IMG/VR virus record: IMGVR_UViG_2713896778_000036
Length of the DNA: 10,407 nt
Source of the DNA: a virus
Taxonomy: Duplodnaviria > Heunggongvirae > Uroviricota > Caudoviricetes
Strand: one strand, 5' to 3'
Shown here: piece by piece, positions 5,036-10,407 of the stretch
Layout of the letters: every line of letters begins with the position of its first letter
Position numbering within the stretch: position 1 is the stretch's first letter
The notes under the pieces: generated by a model
The model's database searches: none
The model's input: only the letters and a program-made list of their open reading frames with translations
Told to the model about the DNA's origin: nothing
Made by a program: the position numbers and the translations under genes

Positions 5036-7621
5036 ATGAGTACTGATAAAGAAAATTACGCTCTGTATTGCGACGCGAAAAATGATAAAACCAGAAAACG
5101 CCTCGGCATCAAAGGCGGCTTTTTCTGGACAGAGGCAAAAAAACTTTCTGTTGCGGTTTCACGCTGCATTGCTGCAATGGACGATGCCGGATTTGACGAA
5201 GAGGATTTTAAAAAACCCATCCGCGTCCATTTACCCGTTGTGAATGACCTTCCACCGGAAGGTGTGTTTGATACTGAATTCTGCAACCGATACGAAAAAG
5301 GCGGAGAAGATGGTATCACAATGATACTTATCGCGCCCTCTGTTCCGGACAAACCAGCCAGTACTGACAATACCAACGTCAACGGCGAAGACATGGCTAA
5401 GATTGAGGAGAATATGCTTCTTCCGGTTTCAGGTCAGATTCTGCCTGTTCGCTGGCTGGCGCAACACAACAGCGAAAAACCGCTCACGCACGTTTCACTG
5501 GACAAACTGCGCGCATTACATAACGCACAGGATGAAAAACTTCCCGCCGTTACCGCGCTGGCCATCTCAAATAAAGCAGTGCAACTCGAACCGCTGGAGA
5601 TTCGGGATTTGTACAAACTGGTGCGAGACACTGACAAAGTTTTCCCCGCCCCCGTAAATTCGGACCTGGGACTGATGACCTCTTTTATCGAAGCATACCT
5701 GGGCGCTGACTACACCGATCGCGGTCTGCTTACAAAAGAGTGGATGAAAGGAAATCGTGTTTCACGCATCAGCCGCACGCCATCCGGCGCTAACGCTGGC
5801 GGCGGCATTCTTACCGATCGCGGCGAAGGTTTTGTCCACGATGATGCGTCAGTGGCGCGTGACGTAGCCACTGGCGTACTGGCCCGTTCAATGGACGTGG
5901 ATATTTATAACCTTCATCCCGCGCACGCTAAACGCATTGAGGAAATTATCGCTGAAAATAAACCGCCATTTTCTGTGTTTTTCAGCAAATTCATCACCAT
6001 GCCGGGCCACAAGGATTACTCCCGCGCCATCGTGGTTGCGTCCGTGAAAGAAGCACCAATTGGTATAGAGGCTACTCCCCACCGTGTCACCGAATACCTG
6101 AATAAGGTGCTGACTGAAACCGATCATGCCACCCCTGATCCGGAAATCGTGGATATTGCCTGTGGTCGCTCCTCTGCCCCGATGCCGCAGCGTGTAACAA
6201 AAGAAGGAAAACAGGATGATGAAGAAAAACTGCAACCATCTTGCGCAATGGCAGATGAACAGGCAACGGCTGAAACAGTGGAACCGGATGCAANNNNNNN
6301 NNNNNNNNNNNNNNNNNNNNNNNNNNNNNNNNNNNNNNNNNNNNNNNNNNTACTGGCTGCCTCTCGCGGAGAATTTGTTGAAGGGATTAGCGACCCGAAT
6401 GATCCGAAATGGGTTAAGGGAATTGAAACCCGAGATTCTGTGAACCAGAACCAGCCCGAATCGGAACAAAACAACCAGAAAGCGGAACAAAACAGCCCAA
6501 ATGCACAGAAAAACGAGCCAGAAACGAAACAATCTGAACCAGTAGCGCAACAGGAACCGGAAAAAGTCTGTGCCGCCTGCGGTCAGAGCGGTGGCGGCAA
6601 CTGCCCTGATTGTGGCGCGGTGATGGGCGACACCACGTATCAGGAAACCTTTAATGAAGAAAATCTGGATGAATCTCAGGAAAAAGATCCGGAGGAAATG
6701 GAAGGCCCTGAACATCCGCACAATGAGAATGCTGGCAGCGATCCGCATCGCGATTGCAGTGACGAAACTGGCGAAGTCGCAGATCCCGTAATCGCAGGAG
6801 ACATAGAGCCTGGTATTTATTACGGAATTTCGAATGAGAATTACCACGCTGGTCCCGGTGTCAGTAAGTCTCAGCTCGACGACATTGCTGATACTCCGGC
6901 TCTGTATTTGTGGCGTAAAAATGCCCCAGTGGACACCACAAAGACAAAAACGCTCGATTTAGGAGCCGCTTTCCACTGCCGTGTACTTGAACCGGAAGAA
7001 TTCAGTAACCGCTTTATCATAGCACCTGAATTTAATCGCCGTACAAACGCCGGAAAAGAAGAAGAGAAAGCGTTTCTGATGGAATGCGCAAGCACAGGAA
7101 AAACGGTTATCACTGCGGAAGAAGGCCGGAAAATTGAACTCATGTATCAAAGCGTTATGGCTTTGCCGCTGGGGCAATGGCTTGTTGAAAGCGCCGGACA
7201 CGCTGAATCATCAATTTACTGGGAAGATCCTGAAACAGGAATTTTGTGTCGGTGCCGTCCGGACAAAATTATCCCTGAATTTCACTGGATCATGGACGTG
7301 AAAACTACGGCGGATATTCAACGATTCAAAACCGCTTATTACGACTACCGCTATCACGTTCAGGATGCATTCTACAGTGACGGTTATGAAGCACAGTTTG
7401 GAGTGCAGCCAACTTTCGTTTTTCTGGTTGCCAGCACAACTATTGAATGCGGACGTTATCCGGTTGAGATTTTCATGATGGGCGAAGAAGCAAAACTGGC
7501 AGGCCAGCAGGAATATCACCGCAATCTGCGGACCCTGGCTGACTGCCTAAATACCGATGAATGGCCAGCTATTAAGACGTTATCACTGCCCCGCTGGGCT
7601 AAGGAGTATGCAAATGATTAA
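5036..7621 (+). CDS. recE: Exodeoxyribonuclease VIII (RecE), 5'-3' dsDNA exonuclease of the RecET recombination system; interrupted by an N run
   Basis: 861-codon ORF; GAGG 7 nt upstream of ATG. C-terminal PD-(D/E)XK-type nuclease region ([24 protein letters not shown]...[23 protein letters not shown]...) and central blocks ([33 protein letters not shown]) match RecE from memory. N-terminal ~100 aa differs from my recollection of K-12 RecE. Stop overlaps the recT start. Confidence 0.92.
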   Translation: MSTDKENYALYCDAKNDKTRKRLGIKGGFFWTEAKKLSVAVSRCIAAMDDAGFDEEDFKKPIRVHLPVVNDLPPEGVFDTEFCNRYEKGGEDGITMILIAPSVPDKPASTDNTNVNGEDMAKIEENMLLPVSGQILPVRWLAQHNSEKPLTHVSLDKLRALHNAQDEKLPAVTALAISNKAVQLEPLEIRDLYKLVRDTDKVFPAPVNSDLGLMTSFIEAYLGADYTDRGLLTKEWMKGNRVSRISRTPSGANAGGGILTDRGEGFVHDDASVARDVATGVLARSMDVDIYNLHPAHAKRIEEIIAENKPPFSVFFSKFITMPGHKDYSRAIVVASVKEAPIGIEATPHRVTEYLNKVLTETDHATPDPEIVDIACGRSSAPMPQRVTKEGKQDDEEKLQPSCAMADEQATAETVEPDAXXXXXXXXXXXXXXXXXXXXLAASRGEFVEGISDPNDPKWVKGIETRDSVNQNQPESEQNNQKAEQNSPNAQKNEPETKQSEPVAQQEPEKVCAACGQSGGGNCPDCGAVMGDTTYQETFNEENLDESQEKDPEEMEGPEHPHNENAGSDPHRDCSDETGEVADPVIAGDIEPGIYYGISNENYHAGPGVSKSQLDDIADTPALYLWRKNAPVDTTKTKTLDLGAAFHCRVLEPEEFSNRFIIAPEFNRRTNAGKEEEKAFLMECASTGKTVITAEEGRKIELMYQSVMALPLGQWLVESAGHAESSIYWEDPETGILCRCRPDKIIPEFHWIMDVKTTADIQRFKTAYYDYRYHVQDAFYSDGYEAQFGVQPTFVFLVASTTIECGRYPVEIFMMGEEAKLAGQQEYHRNLRTLADCLNTDEWPAIKTLSLPRWAKEYAND
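6294..6350. other. Run of 57 N (assembly gap or masked bases) inside recE
   Basis: Directly visible: n at 6294-6350. Length is a multiple of 3 and the recE frame is identical on both sides (20 X codons in the translation). Confidence 1.
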
Positions 7622-8423
7622 GCAACCACCTATCGCAAAAGCCGATCTGCAAAAAACTCAGGGAAACCGTGCACCAGCAGCAGTTAACGATAAGGATGTG
7701 CTGTGCGTGATTAACAGCCCGGCAATGAAAGCGCAACTGGCAGCAGCTCTGCCACGTCACATGACAGCGGAACGCATGATCCGCATTGCTACAACAGAAA
7801 TCCGTAAAGTACCGGAACTAAGAAACTGTGACTCGACGAGTTTTATCGGTGCCATCGTACAGTGTTCACAGCTCGGACTTGAGCCAGGTAGCGCCCTCGG
7901 TCATGCATATTTACTGCCTTTTGGTAATAAAAACGAAAAGAGCGGTAAAAAGAACGTTCAGCTAATCATTGGCTATCGCGGCATGATTGATCTGGCTCGC
8001 CGTTCTGGTCAAATCGCCAGCCTGTCAGCCCGTGTTGTCCGTGAAGGTGACGAGTTTAGCTTCGAATTTGGCCTTGATGAAAAGTTAATACACCACCCGG
8101 GAGAAAACGAAGATGCCCCGGTTACCCACGTCTATGCTGTCGCAAGACTGAAAGACGGAGGTACTCAGTTTGAAGTTATGACGCGCAAACAGATTGAGCT
8201 GGTGCGCAGCCTGAGTAAAGCTGGTAATAACGGGCCGTGGGTAACTCACTGGGAAGAAATGGCAAAGAAAACGGCTATTCGTCGCCTGTTCAAATATCTG
8301 CCCGTATCAATTGAGATCCAGCGTGCAGTATCAATGGATGAAAAGGAACCACTGACAATCGATCCTGCAGATTCCTCTGTATTAACCGGGGAATACAGTG
8401 TAATCGATAATTCAGAGGAATAA
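7614..8423 (+). CDS. recT: RecT single-strand annealing protein (Red-beta/RecT family recombinase)
   Basis: [24 protein letters not shown]...[15 protein letters not shown] is near-identical to my recollection of K-12 RecT (MTKQPP..., 269 aa). ATG 7614 with AAGGAG (7601-7606) 7 nt upstream; overlaps the recE stop as ATGATTAA. Track ORF start 7557 is an upstream in-frame extension. Confidence 0.95.
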   Translation: MIKQPPIAKADLQKTQGNRAPAAVNDKDVLCVINSPAMKAQLAAALPRHMTAERMIRIATTEIRKVPELRNCDSTSFIGAIVQCSQLGLEPGSALGHAYLLPFGNKNEKSGKKNVQLIIGYRGMIDLARRSGQIASLSARVVREGDEFSFEFGLDEKLIHHPGENEDAPVTHVYAVARLKDGGTQFEVMTRKQIELVRSLSKAGNNGPWVTHWEEMAKKTAIRRLFKYLPVSIEIQRAVSMDEKEPLTIDPADSSVLTGEYSVIDNSEE

Positions 8424-8479
8424 TTCAGCCTGGCGGTGTAATGCACCGCCAACTTGAAATATTTTTTATGAGAAAAATT

Positions 8480-8674
8480 ATGAGATATGACAATGTTAAA
8501 CCATGTCCATTTTGTGGTTGTCCATCAGTAACGGTGAAAGCCATTTCAGGATATTACCGAGCGAAGTGTAACGGATGCGAATCCCGAACCGGTTATGGTG
8601 GAAGTGAAAAAGAAGCACTCGAAAGATGGAATAAACGAACCACTGGAAATAATAATGGAGGTGTTCATGTATAA
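8480..8674 (+). CDS. ralR: RalR/Lar restriction-alleviation protein, reported as the DNase toxin of the RalR/RalA type I toxin-antitoxin pair
   Basis: 64-aa reading MRYDNVKPCPFCGCPSVTVKAISGYYRAKCNGCESRTGYGGSEKEALERWNKRTTGNNNGGVHV matches K-12 RalR from memory; two CxxC-type pairs (CPFCGC, CNGC). In-frame alternative starts at 8441 and 8468 lack SD. Confidence 0.8.
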   Translation: MRYDNVKPCPFCGCPSVTVKAISGYYRAKCNGCESRTGYGGSEKEALERWNKRTTGNNNGGVHV

Positions 8675-8876
8675 AATTACCGCCACTATTGAAAAGGAAG
8701 GTGGCACTCCTACTAACTGGACAAGATATTCAAAATCTAAACTAACGAAATCAGAATGCGAAAAAATGCTCTCAGGTAAAAAAGAAGCAGGCGTTTCCAG
8801 AGAGCAGAAAGTAAAACTGATAAATTTTAATTGCGAGAAACTTCAGTCCTCGAGAATTGCATTGTATTCAAATTAA
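8667..8876 (+). CDS. ydaC: YdaC-family small protein (DUF1187-like), unknown function
   Basis: 69-aa reading MYKITATIEKEGGTPTNWTRYSKSKLTKSECEKMLSGKKEAGVSREQKVKLINFNCEKLQSSRIALYSN; GGAGG (8657-8661) 5 nt upstream of ATG 8667; overlaps the ralR 3' end by 8 nt. Matches K-12 YdaC from memory. Confidence 0.7.
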   Translation: MYKITATIEKEGGTPTNWTRYSKSKLTKSECEKMLSGKKEAGVSREQKVKLINFNCEKLQSSRIALYSN

Positions 8877-8887
8877 AACTTCATAGC

Positions 8888-8903
8888 TGATTATTAATAA
8901 TCA
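8888..8903. repeat. Perfect 16-bp palindrome TGATTATTAATAATCA in the ydaC-xis intergenic region
   Basis: Read directly: 8888-8903 is its own reverse complement; lies about 50 nt upstream of the xis start codon. Confidence 0.5.
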
Positions 8904-8954
8904 ACATCGGGCGTCAATTTCAGTCTAACATTGGCGCCTGCCAGAGGTGATGCG

Positions 8955-9170
8955 ATGGCACAAGTAATCTTTAATGAAGAGTGGATGGTTGAATACGGCC
9001 TGATGCTTCGCACTGGTCTGGGGGCCAGACAAATTGAAGCATACCGCCAGAACTGTTGGGTGGAGGGCTTCCACTTCAAACGAGTATCTCCTTTAGGTAA
9101 GCCAGACAGCAAACGAGGGATTATCTGGTACAACTATCCAAAGATAAATCAGTTTATCAAAGACTCATGA
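8955..9170 (+). CDS. xisR: Excisionase (Xis), Rac XisR/YdaQ type
   Basis: 71-aa reading [71 protein letters not shown] from ATG 8955 with AGAGGTG 5 nt upstream; matches K-12 YdaQ/XisR from memory. Track ORF starts at an upstream TTG (8931). Stop lies 1 nt before the int ATG. Confidence 0.85.
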   Translation: MAQVIFNEEWMVEYGLMLRTGLGARQIEAYRQNCWVEGFHFKRVSPLGKPDSKRGIIWYNYPKINQFIKDS

Positions 9171-9171
9171 T

Positions 9172-10407
9172 ATGTCTAAATTACCAACAGGTGTCGAGAT
9201 TAGAGGTAGATACATTCGCATCTGGTTCATGTTTCGAGGAAAACGATGTCGGGAAACATTAAAAGGCTGGGAGATTACAAACAGTAATATTAAAAAGGCC
9301 GGAAATTTAAGAGCGCTGATAGTTCATGAAATAAACTCCGGTGAATTTGAGTATTTAAGACGTTTTCCCCAGTCCAGCACTGGGGCAAAAATGGTGACAA
9401 CGAGAGTCATAAAAACGTTCGGAGAGCTTTGTGATATCTGGACAAAAATTAAAGAGACAGAGTTAACAACAAACACAATGAAGAAAACAAAATCACAATT
9501 AAAAACACTCAGAATAATAATTTGTGAAAGTACCCCGATATCACATATTCGTTATAGCGATATCTTAAACTACCGGAATGAACTGCTGCATGGAGAAACG
9601 CTTTACCTGGATAATCCAAGATCCAACAAAAAAGGAAGAACCGTGCGCACAGTTGATAACTATATCGCCCTGCTCTGTTCGCTGTTGCGTTTTGCGTATC
9701 AGTCGGGATTTATATCAACCAAACCATTTGAAGGAGTAAAAAAATTACAGCGAAACAGAATAAAGCCTGATCCGTTATCTAAAACAGAATTCAATGCATT
9801 AATGGAAAGTGAAAAAGGACAGAGCCAGAACTTGTGGAAATTTGCCGTTTACTCAGGACTTCGTCACGGGGAACTGGCAGCTCTGGCGTGGGAGGATGTG
9901 GATCTCGAAAAGGGAATAGTGAATGTCAGAAGAAACCTGACGATACTTGATATGTTCGGTCCCCCAAAAACAAATGCCGGGATCCGGACAGTAACACTAC
10001 TGCAGCCTGCTCTTGAAGCACTGAAGGAGCAATACAAACTGACCGGGCATCATCGCAAAAGCGAAATCACCTTTTACCATCGGGAGTACGGCAGAACCGA
10101 AAAGCAAAAACTGCATTTTGTTTTCATGCCCAGGGTGTGTAACGGAAAACAAAAACCTTATTACTCGGTAAGCAGTTTGGGGGCAAGGTGGAATGCAGCA
10201 GTAAAACGTGCTGGTATTCGCCGTCGTAATCCGTACCATACGCGGCATACTTTTGCCTGCTGGCTGTTGACGGCAGGAGCGAACCCGGCATTTATAGCCA
10301 GCCAAATGGGGCATGAAACTGCGCAGATGGTGTATGAAATTTACGGTATGTGGATTGATGACATGAACGACGAACAGATAGCCATGTTGAATGCGCGGTT
10401 ATCGTAG
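9172..10407 (+). CDS. intR: Tyrosine-family site-specific integrase (lambda Int family), Rac IntR type
   Basis: 411-aa ORF MSKLPTGVEIRGRYIRIWFMFRGKRCRETLKGW..., same length and near-identical N-terminus to K-12 IntR from memory; C-terminal catalytic region with HTRHTFACW and a downstream Tyr (MVYEIYGMW). Stop codon is 10405-10407. Confidence 0.95.
   Translation: MSKLPTGVEIRGRYIRIWFMFRGKRCRETLKGWEITNSNIKKAGNLRALIVHEINSGEFEYLRRFPQSSTGAKMVTTRVIKTFGELCDIWTKIKETELTTNTMKKTKSQLKTLRIIICESTPISHIRYSDILNYRNELLHGETLYLDNPRSNKKGRTVRTVDNYIALLCSLLRFAYQSGFISTKPFEGVKKLQRNRIKPDPLSKTEFNALMESEKGQSQNLWKFAVYSGLRHGELAALAWEDVDLEKGIVNVRRNLTILDMFGPPKTNAGIRTVTLLQPALEALKEQYKLTGHHRKSEITFYHREYGRTEKQKLHFVFMPRVCNGKQKPYYSVSSLGARWNAAVKRAGIRRRNPYHTRHTFACWLLTAGANPAFIASQMGHETAQMVYEIYGMWIDDMNDEQIAMLNARLS

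Larger units (their letters stand above)
1..10407. mobile_element. Segment of a Rac-like lambdoid prophage (replication module, immunity region, early-left recombination operon, xis-int); neither prophage end is in the window
   Basis: Gene order and content ydaW/V/U/T/S - racR - ydaG/F - kilR - ydaE - recE - recT - ralR - ydaC - xis - int match the E. coli K-12 Rac prophage order as I recall it, in inverted orientation. Integrase stop is the last codon of the window, so the attachment site lies outside. Confidence 0.9.

Noticed and set aside
5888-6847. 319-aa minus-strand ORF inside recE
   Set aside because: Entirely antisense to the well-supported recE CDS, spans the N gap, and translates to low-complexity F/R/L-rich sequence with no recognisable domain.
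8441-8479. Longer 77-aa or 68-aa forms of ralR
   Set aside because: Upstream in-frame ATGs lack SD and the first lies in a hairpin loop; the 64-aa form matches the known RalR length.
8894-9133. 79-aa minus-strand ORF
   Set aside because: Antisense to the excisionase gene.
9997-10314. 105-aa minus-strand ORF
   Set aside because: Antisense within the integrase gene.
1-10407. CRISPR arrays, tRNA/rRNA genes, IS elements or terminal inverted repeats
   Set aside because: No regularly spaced direct repeats, no tRNA-like cloverleaf motifs, no transposase-like ORFs; all coding capacity is accounted for by prophage genes.

Overview
This window reads as a contiguous segment of a Rac-like lambdoid (cryptic) prophage of the Escherichia/Shigella type, with every sizeable coding stretch accounted for by recognisable Rac-family genes. 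On the minus strand sit a replication module (ydaW-like ORF running off the window start, DnaC-like ydaV, DUF1376 ydaU) and the Cro/CII analogues ydaS and ydaT. Divergent from them on the plus strand is a CI-like repressor (racR-like) with an apparently leaderless start and a clean intrinsic terminator. A plus-strand early operon follows: ydaG, ydaF, kilR, ydaE, recE (exonuclease VIII, interrupted by a 57-nt N run), recT, ralR, ydaC, excisionase and a full-length tyrosine integrase whose stop is the last codon of the window. The provided ORF track misses four of these genes (ydaG, ydaF, ydaE because they are under 60 aa; the ydaW-like ORF because it has no stop inside the window). I found no tRNA, rRNA, CRISPR array or IS element, and no convincing evidence of a novel gene system. 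The least explained sequence is about 420 bp between ydaF and kilR, where from memory K-12 Rac carries sieB; it has no credible ORF but does have a hairpin plus T-tract and a triple GTTAAY repeat. All homology statements are from memory of K-12 Rac proteins and motif reading, not from searches.
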